Shown here in pieces: positions 50,961 to 63,354 of a DNA stretch of 64,000 nucleotides. The notes beneath the pieces were generated by a model. That model saw only the letters and a list, made by a program, of their open reading frames with translations, was not told the origin of the DNA and did not search any database. Position 1 is the stretch's first letter. The number at the start of each line of letters is the position of its first letter. The position numbers and the translations under genes are program-made. The stretch comes from Phoronis australis (taxonomy: Eukaryota > Animalia > Phoronida): the NCBI GenBank assembly GCA_002633005.1, contig NMRA01000097.1:956824-1020823 (forward strand), in the 5' to 3' direction.

Positions 50961-53615
50961 GTAGGGTTTGAAGTATTATTTACCCATAACAGATATCATG
51001 GCTTCACCTATGACCTATACACAACTTTCAGATGCTATGATTTTTAAAACATCCGGTAGTGATTTGATAAAGTTCTCGCACTTTGCCGTTTGTGAACGAT
51101 AATTTGCCGTTTGTGAATGAGAATTTGCCATTTTCCATCAAAAAAGTGAAATTGACCACATCGTGGTCGTATATTTGTGTTGAAGCCCTTGTAAATGGTG
51201 AAGTCGAAAAAGCTTCCCTGCGTGAAATGATGTGCAACCGCTTTACACTTCACATTTTACCGGCTGACTAGTGATAGTTGATGCAAGCTAGAAAGATTAC
51301 ATGCATATGAGGGTTTCATCAATAACTTGAATAACGTACGTTTACGATTAAACTTGAGCTCTCAAGTGACTCGAAATTGCATAACAAATCTGTCTGTGAA
51401 CTAGACATTTGGCTTGGCGCCTATCCTTGCCTGAGTTAGTAGGTGTATTCCGTGAAGCGAGATTCTGCGCGAGATATTGTAAAACTAACGAAGCACGTGA
51501 TATGCGCCTGCGGAACTCCCCCCTGCACTTTGCAAAATTGGACCGTGAGCCTGTCCGATGTACCACAGCTTATAAAGTCATATTTACAAATTAAGACCAG
51601 TCATTGATATCATTTAACATTGCTTAGTTTATTAATATGACAAATGTTTTGAGTACATAAACAAAAAAATTTATTCATTCAGAAACCGATTGAAGGAATT
51701 CGCCAATCGATCACAACTTTGTTATACGGATATTTTAGAGGCTCGGAAAATATACTTGACTCTGGCGATCACGATATTCCTATAAAACGACTCAGATACT
51801 ATTACTCCGATACACACCCCAGAACTGCGTAACACTCAGGGTAAACATTTTCAAGTAAGCTATGAAGTATACCACCCTAGTTTCAGTAGTCTTGAAAGAT
51901 CAGTCGGGAATACGCGTTCATGACCTACGTGTAGGACCAAACAAGAATCAAGGTAGTGCCTCACCAATCACCAGTTGTCGATCCGTTCCGAGCAGTTGCT
52001 CAAGGTGTGCCCGGAGGTCTTCAAAGATATTATGTCCCATTAAAACCGTGAATACTCAAATTTGTAGCAAGCGCTTCAAGTGACTTCCTGTAGAACTGTG
52101 TGTACAAGTATAGCTAGGAAAAGAAACAATTCGTAAATAAATTGCGGTTTTAAGGAAAGCACTTCAACTGATACTCTTAAAAACTAGAATATTGCGCAAT
52201 CGTTATTTGACAATAAAATAAACAAATAATATAAACTGTGCCTTGTTTCATTTGGGAAATTACGAAATATTGCCATACTCATTTGCATAAAGATAGTCTG
52301 CAAAACGAGACTTTCGCGAGATTGTAATGGTAACTGGTTCTCAGATGGTTTCCGGCACACTGAAGAACCCGGGGTTGTTTATAAATTCACAATTTAATGA
52401 GACTATGTATCTTAAGTGATCAAAGCAAAACGGGAGTACGCGCCGTAGGCGTAAGACGCTCACAAGTAAAGCTAGTGTGATAATTTGTTTCTCTTGTAAT
52501 GCATGGCGATATCTTTGATAAGACTTGAGTAAATTCGCTTTGCTCGCAAAAAACGTGCTCTACGGAACGCAGCCCAGTAATCGAGGCATCACTCAAAACC
52601 ATTTCGGAAGTAAAGTAGATAATTAAATCGACTTGTAACTTAGACCAACATAACAAAAACGTACAGTAATATGGTCTCTTTCGGTTTGAAACTGATCTGT
52701 CTTATTTGATCTTTCCAAACGTGTATCGCACTAACAAATCATGAGCTTACTAAATACCAGTTGTAACGTGCTTGGTCGAAGCAGAGCGGAATTCATGTTC
52801 AGAGTCAAGAATAACGTATTTACCCTCACTAATGGCCAGTCTCGGTAATTCATTATCGAAGCTAAATCATTCATTATTTAACTTGAGCCAGAAACTAAAG
52901 CAAATCTTATAAACTGCAAATCAACTAGATCTTTTAATTGCAACCCACTTTCAATGGCTCCTAAAATACGCCATTGAAATTTTGCTGCGCTAATTTGCAA
53001 GCAATTATTTTGACATTTTAACACGAACTAACACACTCCCCAAATTTCGTAGGGGTAACTTCTCCTTCGTTGTTTGGGATGGAAGTGGCGACCGTACTAC
53101 GATTGTCACATAACCTGATAAAATGGTCACGTGACAATCCAGATTGTGTCTCCCTCTGTTGAGGTTGCTGCCTTTAGACAATTATTTTGATTTATAGGTT
53201 TAGAAAGCAACAAGGCTTCAAGACCAGGAAGAATAGGAGAGCCTATAAGCAAAACTTTCAAACCATATAGACGGCTTTCAGAAACCACGCGATCGTTCTC
53301 ATTATTATCCGACACCACATTCTAGGATTTCCCTTTTCTGCTCCAGTATATATATATTTGTAATTTGAGTTTCTACCCTACGCCTCCGCCTTCTACATGA
53401 CCGACACTACGGCACCAGACTGAAATTCCAAATCATGAATCTGCATGGCGAAATCAATAATCGTGATTAACTACTATTGTAACTCGCTTCAGTGCACTGT
53501 CCGCCAGCGTAAACCCGACTATGGCATGCACGTGATATCTGCGTCATCACCATAGGCCTGCAAACGTCTGCAGGTTAAGTTATAAAGGTCGAGATCATAT
53601 GAAGGTAGATTCACA

Positions 53616-53618
53616 GGC

Positions 53619-53659
<41 letters not shown>
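53616..53659. repeat. (CAGA)n microsatellite
   Basis: About 10 perfect tetranucleotide units. Confidence 0.95.
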
Positions 53660-53661
<2 letters not shown>

Positions 53662-54223
53662 TAGGATAATAGATTTGTTTGTCAAAACCAACCTCAACTG
53701 GTTCATAACTCGGATGAGACGTGGTTGTTCAGCTTAGAAAAAATAAAACTTCATTATTGTTGGAGACCATGCTCATAGCGAGTCAAGAGCCTGGTTTAAG
53801 CGATGACGAGCTGAGATGGAAGGCGAGTTCAAGGACGTTTAATTGGTTTTGGCGGTTAGATCCTCCGACACCTGTTAGTCGATAAAGGAATAAAATGAAT
53901 TCGTCAGCGTATTGTAGGCTTTCTACAATTTGTCAGTGTGTAAAAGGTCCACCAAACAAGTGCAAAGCTCAGTGCGCATGTTCCAACTTTTACTTCCATC
54001 TCTATGACTGGCACTCGGCTCACGTGGCTTAATTAGTAGCTACGGTAACGTACACATCGTTCGAGTGTCACTAAAAATCTTACAGCTTATTCACGGCTTA
54101 ATTTGTTCAGTGTTCGGCATGCTCCTCCAGGACATCCATCACAAAACGTAATCACACTTGTGTAAAAGACAATACAATTCCATGGACGACACGTAACGAA
54201 AGTTTTTTTTCATATCGTTGCAG

Positions 54224-54322
54224 AATGGTAAAACGTCCCTCCATCTTGCCGCTGAAAATGGTCACGTGGAGACAGTCGAGAAGTTATTGGCTATGAAAGC
54301 TGACGTCACGATTAAAGACAAG
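54224..54322 (+). CDS. ANKDD1A: ANKDD1-like exon 6 (ankyrin repeat)
   Basis: 99 nt: NGKTSLHLAAENGHVETVEKLLAMKADVTIKDK. Confidence 0.93.
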
Positions 54323-54571
54323 GTACGTCAGAAGTCAACGTTGCGTAGGTGATGACGTTTTCAATGTCGGGTTTATAATGTTCCGGTAGCGCTAGTCCAG
54401 ATCCAATAGAGGGAGTTGCTGAATACATTAAAGTGGTGTCACCAACTTGGCTCGTTATTAACTAAAAGTCGACACTTCCCAACATCCGTCCGTAAACAAA
54501 CGGAACAAAAATTTATTATTTTGGCATTGTATTTTCTAAAAAAAAACTGTATCATGTCGTTGCTTTTCCAG

Positions 54572-54769
54572 GTCGGCCAAACACCTCTTCATTTGGCTTC
54601 TGCCAATGGACACGACCGTGTGGCCAAACTTTTACTTCAAACCGACATTGAAATTGACGACCCCGAACAAGATGGGCGCACGTGTCTTTATCTCGCCGCC
54701 GAAAATGGACACGCGGATTGCGTGTTCAGTTTGTTAACAGCCACAGCGAACCCGAACGCCCAGTCGGTG
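54572..54769 (+). CDS. ANKDD1A: ANKDD1-like exon 7 (two ankyrin repeats)
   Basis: 198 nt: VGQTPLHLASANGH..DGRTCLYLAAENGHADCV..NAQSV; donor gtcagt. Confidence 0.92.
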
Positions 54770-54974
54770 GTCAGTACACTACGAGCTAGCTTTGATTAAA
54801 AGTGTACTTGGACATTAAGTCATATTCAGTTATCTGATTGCCTAGATACGAAACGGCCAGGTTGACGACAATATTTCAACTATGGTTATTACACCTGTAC
54901 ATCAGTCCCACCACTGTACCCAAAATAGCTAAATGTCCTTCCTCCAACATTACAAGTGTGTGGGACTTCCTTCC

Positions 54975-55271
54975 TACGGCAGCACTTTAGTGCCAAACAA
55001 CGAAAAATAAAATTCGAGAAAAAAATTGTAATAACGTTGTTTTCTCTGGTAATTACGACTTTCTTCGAGTAATTTCGTTTTTTTCGTAATTACGTAAGGT
55101 CGAAATTACGAGACAAAAGTTCTTAATACGAGAAAGAAAGTCGTAATTACGAGAAAAAAATTCATACTTATGGAAAAAGTCGTAGTTACGAGAAAAAAGT
55201 CATTGCGAATTTTTTATCGAATTTTATTTTTGAATTTTATTTTTTGTTGTTTTGCACTAAAATGCTGCGTA
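54975..55271. mobile_element. IS3EU-type non-autonomous element (TAC..GTA, 6-bp TSD ccttcc/ccttca) with internal ~20-bp repeats
   Basis: TIR tacggcagcactttagtgccaaacaac / gttgttttgcactaaaatgctgcgta; internal aagtcgtaattacgagaaaa units in both orientations. Confidence 0.8.
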
Positions 55272-55536
55272 CCTTCATACAACTTTGTGAGAACTCCCAA
55301 TGACCTTCGCGCTTCCCTGTGAGATTGGTACTTTTAGAATCTGATTACTTTTTAAAATGATCACCCGTTAGCAAACAGCAACGGGGTGGAGCCGTGATAT
55401 TGTACAGGTGAGAAGAAGACAGAAAAGCATAGTCCGGTACAGAAGTTTCTCCCGTAAGGTTATCCAGTGTACTGCTCCTGAGTCACACATCATTGATACA
55501 CTGTAAACGTTCGTTCAGATTTCAGACCTCGGCTAT

Positions 55537-55761
55537 TACGGTGGCTGTGAAAGGACGGCACGGCAACTATTTTTCTCCGTTGCTGACTCTATCGATAGAC
55601 TTATTAACTCTATCGATAGACTTACTATCTCTATCGATAGAATTTCTAACTCTATCGATAAACTTATTAACTCTATCGATAGAGTTATTAAGTCTATCGA
55701 TAGAGTTATCAACGGAGAGAAAAAGTTGCCGTGCGTCCTTCCGGCTTTCACAGCCACCGTA
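55537..55761. mobile_element. IS3EU-type non-autonomous element (TAC..GTA, 6-bp TSD ggctat) with six 21-bp palindromic units
   Basis: ~45-bp TIR tacggtggctgtgaaag..gcacggcaact..tctccgttg; ggctat at 55531-55536 and 55762-55767. Confidence 0.9.
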
Positions 55762-55924
55762 GGCTATAGTACCGTGAGTTGACATATTTCTTTCTCTTGC
55801 TGAAGAGCTTATAATTGCCCTTTTTCTTAGGCTGCAGATCAAATCGACTCTAAATCTCACGCTTAAAAAGTGGAAATGGACATATGGGCCTTCTCTTTTC
55901 TAATCTGATTCTTGCATCTTTCAG

Positions 55925-56023
55925 AAGGAAATGACACCTCTGCAAATCAGCGCCGCCAACGGTCACCAGGAAGTTGTTCGAACTCTGCTGGAGTTTGGGT
56001 GTAATGCGAACTCATTAAATCAC
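55925..56023 (+). CDS. ANKDD1A: ANKDD1-like exon 8 (ankyrin repeat)
   Basis: 99 nt: KEMTPLQISAANGHQEVVRTLLEFGCNANSLNH. Confidence 0.92.
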
Positions 56024-56919
56024 GTAGGTGCACGTGTAACAATGAGCGTTTCCTCGTATAATTATTCTTGAATTAATTCTTTTGTTAAGTGGTTCGCATA
56101 CATGAGTGGGTGCCTGTGTTTCACTTATCGCCGCATGTGACTAGTACATGTAAGTCTGAAATTATTAATAGTATTTTCCGGATGGCTCTTGGTCATTCTT
56201 TGTAATTTCAAGTCTACATTGTAATGGTTTCATTAATTATGCACCTTGGTTTTTGTGCAAGTGTTAGGCGTATATTCCGAATGTAAGTAGAGTGACATGG
56301 GGCAAAAAGCCTACGCGGGGTCAAACGCCTACCCCTATAAGTCGGGAATTATACAACGTAGGCAGCCACGTGATGCATTACGTCTTCCGGTTTCACACGA
56401 TCGTCTGCTGATACGTTTTTTGGAACTCAGACTTCAACGGTATGTTTATGAGCTAGGCTTCTTTGTTTACGTTGGTTTTCTTGTAAAAACGACACTTCGT
56501 TACTTTTAGTGTCGTATGTGTTACTAATAATAACTGTCAGTTCAGATGATTTTTCCTGCTAAATCTTTGTATTAAGTTGTTGTTAGAATCATCAGTTTTT
56601 GATCTGTGATTTTTTTACGGTTAAGAATATTGGCATATGTTCGACATATGATGTAGAGCCATCTAACCCAAATCAAATGCAGTTATTTTGAAGTATTTCT
56701 GAAACCTATGGAGGAAGAAAAACAGGTCTTTGATTAAGGGCGTTTTGCCCCAAGTTACTCTACAGCTCAACATATATGCGCATGTACTGTCCTAAATACG
56801 CGGGTCTGTCACAGGCGTACTACGATTATACGCGAACAAAAATGTATAGGACCATAGTCCCGCGGGCCTATATTCGTTTCCATAATTATAGCCACAATTA
56901 TTTTTTTTCTTCGCTTCGT

Positions 56920-57105
56920 GATTCTGTTATCCGTGGTTTTCATGTATGTGGCCGTTGCTATGTCGTACACCACGAAGGAAGTGTTATTGACTACTGCAGT
57001 ATGACGGTTGTAAAAGATAGTAGAACGGTGGGACACTTACCAAAGGAAATTTCGGGAATGTGTTTCTATTTCCGTGGACGAGGTGGAAGCATCCAAGTTC
57101 ATTTG
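56920..57105 (+). pseudogene. HIRAN-like domain remnant inside a probable transposon relic (about 56785-57530)
   Basis: DSVIRGFHV..VVKDSRTVGHLPKEISGMCFYFRGRGGSIQVHL fits S.VRG(Y/F)HV..AV.V..VGH(V/L)P..IS..C..F..GG.I. The middle of the domain is shortened. Confidence 0.65.
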
Positions 57106-57907
57106 ATTTTCAGAGACTCATTTAACCGCGTGGGGTCCGTTCCAATCTCGCCGGTGAAAAAGTCCCTTGTTCCTAGGAGTTTTTCTTCAATTAGATGAGA
57201 AAAATGTTAAAGACGAGTTTCCGTTATAAACCCATGTGCAAACACAATGGCCGGATTAACACTTCCAGGAGTAACAGTTCAATTGTCTGTCACAGTATAT
57301 GTTTCTAAATATGCTGTCAACTACGGAATATTTGGTCAAGCGCACGCTTGTAATCATAACGTCGTTTTCAGCGGCCAGCCAGATTTGCTTACGGAAAACA
57401 TTCGTCCTGACTAATTTTATGAACCACTCTCAGTGTATAGGGCTCGCGTATTTGGAGTGCTAGATTAGGTAAATGTATGCCATGTTCCAAATGTACGCCC
57501 CGGGTCTTAATTACGGAAAAACTCGTTACAAACGGCTGATTTAGTAAACCTTGAAAGTCTGGGCGAGAGTAAATACGAAAATCTGATAGCGTTTGAACGG
57601 ATTTTTTTTTGCAAAATGAACGTTTTAATTGCTGTGGTTACAAAATACAACACGTAACTAATTGGCAACTCTTTTCACTTAATTAGAGAGAGAGTATGGT
57701 TCAATTTCGAACACCACGTAGTCTTATCATATTGCGTTTGATTCGAATATCCGTTGGGAAGCTAAATTTGAAAGTCCTCACGCAGTGACTCTACAGTACA
57801 CATGGAGATAATTAAGGGACTTGTTGATATTCAACTTTTGAGTGAATTTATCAGCCATATCAGCAACTTTTCATGGGTTTTAACAAGTCACATTTCTTGT
57901 TTTACAG

Positions 57908-58006
57908 CAAGGCAACACTGCTCTCCACCTAGCGGCGTTGGGTGATCACGCGGAAGTGGTGGCGCTTCTAACACAACACGGTGCTGATTTAAATGTACAG
58001 AATAAA
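57908..58006 (+). CDS. ANKDD1A: ANKDD1-like exon 9 (ankyrin repeat)
   Basis: 99 nt: QGNTALHLAALGDHAEVVALLTQHGADLNVQNK. Confidence 0.93.
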
Positions 58007-59040
58007 GTAAGAGTCGAGCAAAAATACTTGATGTTAGGGAGTTTCAAAACATTTGAATGATTTTATCATTGAATTTTGTAAAAATACTTTCATGCTAACT
58101 CCCATTAGAGTATTCGTATGATTGTGTGCTGTTTAAGTACTGGGAAAAAGACTGAAAACTAGGTGTGAGTGCTTGGCAAGTCAAGAGGAGTTACATCTTT
58201 TTAAAGAGCTTTATTGAGAGACGTGAAACATTTCTCATTGACATTTTCACAGTTCTTCTCTGTTTCAGTTCTAAAAATAAAAACAAAATGCATAGCAAAC
58301 CTCACAGATAAGACCAAATGCAAATTCGGAAATACCAAATAAGAAAATACCATGAAAAATACCTCAATACTGCCGCTCCCTGGCTCTCCTCACTGACGCC
58401 AAATATGCACTGCCACAATGTAAGTAAATCGAGTCAGCGCACAACACTTATACTGAAATGAGGGTCAGGTCACATGCAAATGACATTCAGTTCATTCAGT
58501 CATGAATATACACGTGACCATGAGCCACCCGGAGCAAACAAACGTGAAGTATCTTACACTAGGACTAACCATACCAATTAGGCTTTCCTGCAAACACCTG
58601 CCGCAAGGTTGCTGCAAAGCTGCGGCAGGCGTGGTGGAGTACCGGGTTGTCAGCTCAAGTGTAAGGACTAGTTCCACCACAAATTGGGTCTTGCGAGATA
58701 TCACCGAACCCGTGAATTACTGATGTCAACAACTTGGCCCAGGTACTTCTGAGTTCCGTATACAGACGTAAGACTCTCACGAGAAAAGCTAGCGTGGTCA
58801 GGTGCTTCCAAGACTTCTAATGCATGGCGACATCTAGCGAGACTTCTGTGGTCTTGCGTTTTTGTGAATCTGCGTCTACGAATCGCCCTGCGTGTGGATG
58901 AAAATCGGTCAGTGGAATACAAACCGTTTACATGGACTCAAAATGTGGTAATAGAGGTAACTCTTATTACCCGCCAATACATTATTATGTTGAATAGATC
59001 TTTAGCCACGTGGTGAGGGTCCATTATTTATCTTTTTCAG

Positions 59041-59139
59041 AGAATGCTAACGGCGTTGCACACTGCCGTGGAGAACGGTTTGGTGAACGCGGTGGAGGCG
59101 TTACTTGTAGCTGGTGCCGACATAAGACTCAAAGACAAG
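59041..59139 (+). CDS. ANKDD1A: ANKDD1-like exon 10 (ankyrin repeat)
   Basis: 99 nt: RMLTALHTAVENGLVNAVEALLVAGADIRLKDK. Confidence 0.93.
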
Positions 59140-59367
59140 GTAGGCGCTTTATTTGTTTTCCCTTACGCATTTCGTAAAAACGAGGTGAACCTAATTCTAA
59201 ATAATTTATTCGTGTCGAATTATGTAGCCTACAATGGCGCTATAGCCTGGCGCAACGTGACGCCACAATTGTCAATATTTGTCAGGTATAATGCTCGTGA
59301 TACCGGTCAAAAATAGCATGGTTCTGCAACAGGCTTACTTTTACACACTGTTGGTTTTCTGTTCCAG

Positions 59368-59463
59368 AATGGAAAGACACCTCTGACAATGGCCGCCAGG
59401 GGGAGCTTCGTTACTATTGTGGATATGATAATTAAAGCGGAAAGACTCGAAATGTTAAGACCG
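59368..59463 (+). CDS. ANKDD1A: ANKDD1-like exon 11 (last ankyrin repeat)
   Basis: 96 nt: NGKTPLTMAARGSFVTIVDMIIKAERLEMLRP; VDMIIKA(D/E)R is typical of the family. Confidence 0.93.
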
Positions 59464-59910
59464 GTAAGTTTTGAAAAGTTTTGTTTCATAGTGGAAAGAA
59501 AGACGAATTGGTTGTGCGAAAATTAAGAAAAAACATGTCTCACGTGATTACTAACGCGATACATTATTTTCATTAACTCTACGTTTCTATGATCGATTTG
59601 ATAGGTGGTTTTTACAAGTATATAATTGGTATTCTAAAAACTGTGAGAAGAAGTAGGCCTAAACTCTTGGTTACCAAGGTGCAATGAAAACATAATTATA
59701 AAACGGTCGCACATTTTATGAAGTGACCATCCTACGGACCATGATAGAGATCGACGTACAACAAATCTCACCCACAGACGATGATGAACTTTTGTTGCAA
59801 GGTGCTTGGATACAGACATGGTTTTGAGCCACGACACCTCGTTGAAGCTGCAATTTCCAAGTGCAACCTTGTTCATAAGATTTCTAGTCTACTGATGTTT
59901 GCTCTTTCAG

Positions 59911-60154
59911 GCCGTCACAAACGGGGCGACGGAAACAGCGACCTCAAGCGACAGCGATTCACACCAAAGCTTTCCCATACCGCCTCCGGAAAAAATGCAG
60001 TTCAAGAAATCTAATAACATGTATTACGGACAAATGAAAGACATTCTGTTTAAATTAGCTCACCAGCAGCTGAAGCAAGGCGAGTGGCGACATCTGGCGA
60101 GTTTCTGGTTGTTCACAGATGACCAATTGAAGGCGCTTGAGCATCAGTACACTG
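59911..60154 (+). CDS. ANKDD1A: ANKDD1-like exon 12 (linker and death domain start)
   Basis: ..MKDILFKLAHQQLKQGEWRHLASFWLFTDDQLKALEHQYTG; donor gtgcgt in phase 1. Confidence 0.92.
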
Positions 60155-60269
60155 GTGCGTAGGGTTTATTGATATTGGCGTTGTCGCCGATACCACACTC
60201 AAAACTTTTTCAGATCGTCAATTTGGTTGCTTGTGCGGAAGTATCATTTTCAGCCGAATTAAGATTTTA

Positions 60270-60495
60270 AAAAATAATTGTAGGCGGTTTGGTACTCGTT
60301 GTACCAGATTTGGGCAGCCGCGGTCGTTGGGTGAGCCCATTGCACTGATCACCTAAAGCCATTCAGTGCATTATAGCCGAGCTGAGGAGATAGCGACGTG
60401 CTCAAGGGTCTAGCAGTGTGCCCCAGTGGGTCTCGAACCCACGACACTCAGTAAAGGAAGCGAACACCTGTCCCACTAGGCCACACTGCCTCCTC
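60270..60495 (-). mobile_element. tRNA-derived SINE, near full length
   Basis: Minus strand: A box gtggcctagtgg, B box gggttcgagacc, then cccttgagca. Flanked by an approximate direct repeat aattaagatttt / aattaaaacttt. Confidence 0.8.
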
Positions 60496-60884
60496 AATTA
60501 AAACTTTACTAGACCGAAAGTTCGAAAAGCAGCGGTTGTGCTATTGTTTGTAGCGGAATAGATCGATTTATAACCGGGCTAGGATATCGCACGCCCCTCC
60601 GTACTTGATCGCGTAAACTGGCGATGACTTACCGTTTGTTGGTTATTGCATTTTTTTTACCTTTTGATGTCCACTTCATCGTGCGTATTGTATATATGTA
60701 TAAAAAAGACTCCAATTCGGACCGAGACACTCGTTTACATACAGGATTGACGCGTGACATCCCTTAATCTTGGTTGGCCAGAAAATCTGCGTCCTTCGTT
60801 ATCACTATGCCTGAGTGGGAAAGAATACTCAAGGTTAATATCCAAAACGTTTAAGACATCTCGTTGCTACACCTTAAAGCCTAA

Positions 60885-61262
<378 letters not shown>

Positions 61263-61443
61263 TAGCTTATTGACGTCTGACACAGCAGGTTGAGCCTGAT
61301 GTTCTTCTGCGTCATACCTAAAGTGTGCTTCAGTGGTGTTTTGAGATTATCTTTTTTCACCAGTTTAGAATACATACTCTCATCCATCGAAACTCATCAC
61401 CAAAATACGCAAATTTCGCAAATTACGTCTTTTGTCTTTCCAG

Positions 61444-61514
61444 AATCTATTAGGAAAAAGGTCAACGTACTGGCACAAGGTTCTGAGGCCCAGGGGTCAT
61501 GCTGTCTTTCGTAA
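61444..61514 (+). CDS. ANKDD1A: ANKDD1-like terminal exon ending in CaaX (CCLS)
   Basis: ttccag| acceptor in phase 1; ESIRKKVNVLAQGSEAQGSCCLS*. Confidence 0.88.
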
Positions 61515-62199
61515 ATAGTCCATCAGGTTTGGTGCAATCATGGACTCAATCGCCCATATACTCGTTACCTGACATACGACATGCAGTTACTCAATATTGT
61601 TTGTCCAGCTGGAGTGAAAAACGGTCAGCCAAGTTATGGGAAAATTTCACGACCAAAAGGAAGAGGCGAAGAAAGTCAAGAATTTCGTAGCAATGTGTAT
61701 ATTGGGATTATCGACAGAATCGTGAATAGCAGAAGTTGCGGCCAAAGCTAAAGTATTGCCAAAGACTAATTATGAGGTGCTATTACGAGCTTTGGTATTA
61801 TCGGTGACTGGAGGTTTCCATTTTGGTTGGTTGAAGCAAACTGCTCCATAGAAAGGAATTGTGGGTCCAAATTACTGCACTAGTGTGAATCATGAAGTTG
61901 GCGTGCCATTTAAAAAAAATCTTCGAATGTTGTCCAACAGTTACTGTGCACAGCTTCTAGACTCTGTTTAGCCTTAAACATCTGCGTTTATAACACCCAC
62001 TTAAACCATCTATCAAATACATCTACAACAAAACATAAAACTTGTACAAGCTTAGGGAAGGAATTGAACTCGCGACATATTTCACTAACCTTCAAACACA
62101 AGTACCTGACAGAAAGACATTTCTCATGCTTTTTGTACCCTGCTCCTGTTTTAGTCTGGTAGTCGGAAATGGCTACACAGAAATTTCCGTAGTATAAAT

Positions 62200-62780
62200 T
62201 TTTTCGTTTGTTTTATGCCACCCCTGAAGCATTTTAGTTAGCGTTACAATCCACCTTGAGCATTTTTAATTATGCAAATTAAGCCGTCCTTATGCAAAAT
62301 TCTATGTTTGCTTGTAACTTCCTCACAAAGCACTACAGGTTGATTATTGTGATGTCATCACACCTGCTCTCTTGATCAGTGAATTCAATGTAGTTGCTTT
62401 GAAGTGGAGGCACGGCCACTCTCATAAAACGGTCATAACTGAGGCTAGAACTAAAAATGTTAGAATCACGAGCATAGTTTTGTTTCCAACTTTCAAAATT
62501 TGCAACAAAACGCAAGAATAAGCATTCCACGGGCTTAAAACAAACAACTCAAACCATGACAATTTTTGTGATACTGTACATCAGTAGGTGGCAAATCAAG
62601 AGGTTCAGTTACCATGGAAACATAGGTAAAACATCAAAATAATCTACTTATGGTGCATGGTAAGGAAGTGATAAAAGCAGAGTTTTACATAATGACTGCC
62701 TTAATTTGCATATTTAAAACTGGTTGTCATGATTACAACCCAGTCAAAATGCTTCATGGGAGTCATTTCAACATGAAACA
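62200..62780. mobile_element. Octamer-rich family C, apparently complete copy with ~120-bp TIRs
   Basis: Left cccctgaagcatttt..tatgcaaattaag..ttatgcaaaattct versus right agagttttacataat..cttaatttgcata..aaaatgcttcatggg. Confidence 0.7.
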
Positions 62781-63293
62781 ATCAAAAGAAAATATACTAC
62801 TAAGAATTGTTTAGTTTCCCTGTAGGTAGTTATTCGACCATTTCGAAGCCAGTCAAATTTGTTTCAGGTACATAAGTTTCTTTTGATGTTTCTGTCAATG
62901 GCTCATTTTTTGAAGGTCAGTGAGTTGAGTTTATCGCTCACGTGCCTTCCAATGACTGGTTTTATTACATTGTCAATCAAGAAACCGTTAGTAACGTTTT
63001 GCCATTTCTTTTTATTCATAACTTTAATTAAAAACTCGCAGTATTAATATATAGCGTATTTTCCCACTAGCCCGAATCTGCAAATATATTTTAATGTCTC
63101 GAGTGTTAAAGAGTTCTGCACATGAGCGGATAACTTGACTTGGCCTACGTTCATTCAAATCTAATTGAGGGAAGGAGGACTTTGCCTCTGCCGTTTCCAT
63201 GATTGCCAGTTATTTTGTTCACGACGATGAATTTGTGTGCACATTTGATTTGCTTTTGTGCTAGTCTCCTGCTTGACTATTCTTGGGCAAAGT

Positions 63294-63354
63294 GGTCAAA
63301 ATGGGGCTGGTGGGTCAAAATGAGGCTGGTATGGTCAAAATGAAGCTGGTGTGG
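63294..63354. repeat. Three ~20-bp tandem units ggtcaaaatg(g/a)(g/a)gctggt
   Basis: Directly visible. Confidence 0.85.

Noticed and set aside
55586-55711. CRISPR-like array of palindromic repeats
   Set aside because: Spacers are only ~7 nt and nearly identical, the array lies inside TIRs with a TSD in an animal intron, and there are no cas genes.
55493-55860. Leucine-zipper-like LSIDLLT ORFs
   Set aside because: Product of the 21-bp tandem repeat inside the MITE.
60415-60490. tRNA gene
   Set aside because: A and B boxes are present but there is no convincing anticodon or acceptor stem, and it continues into a SINE body.
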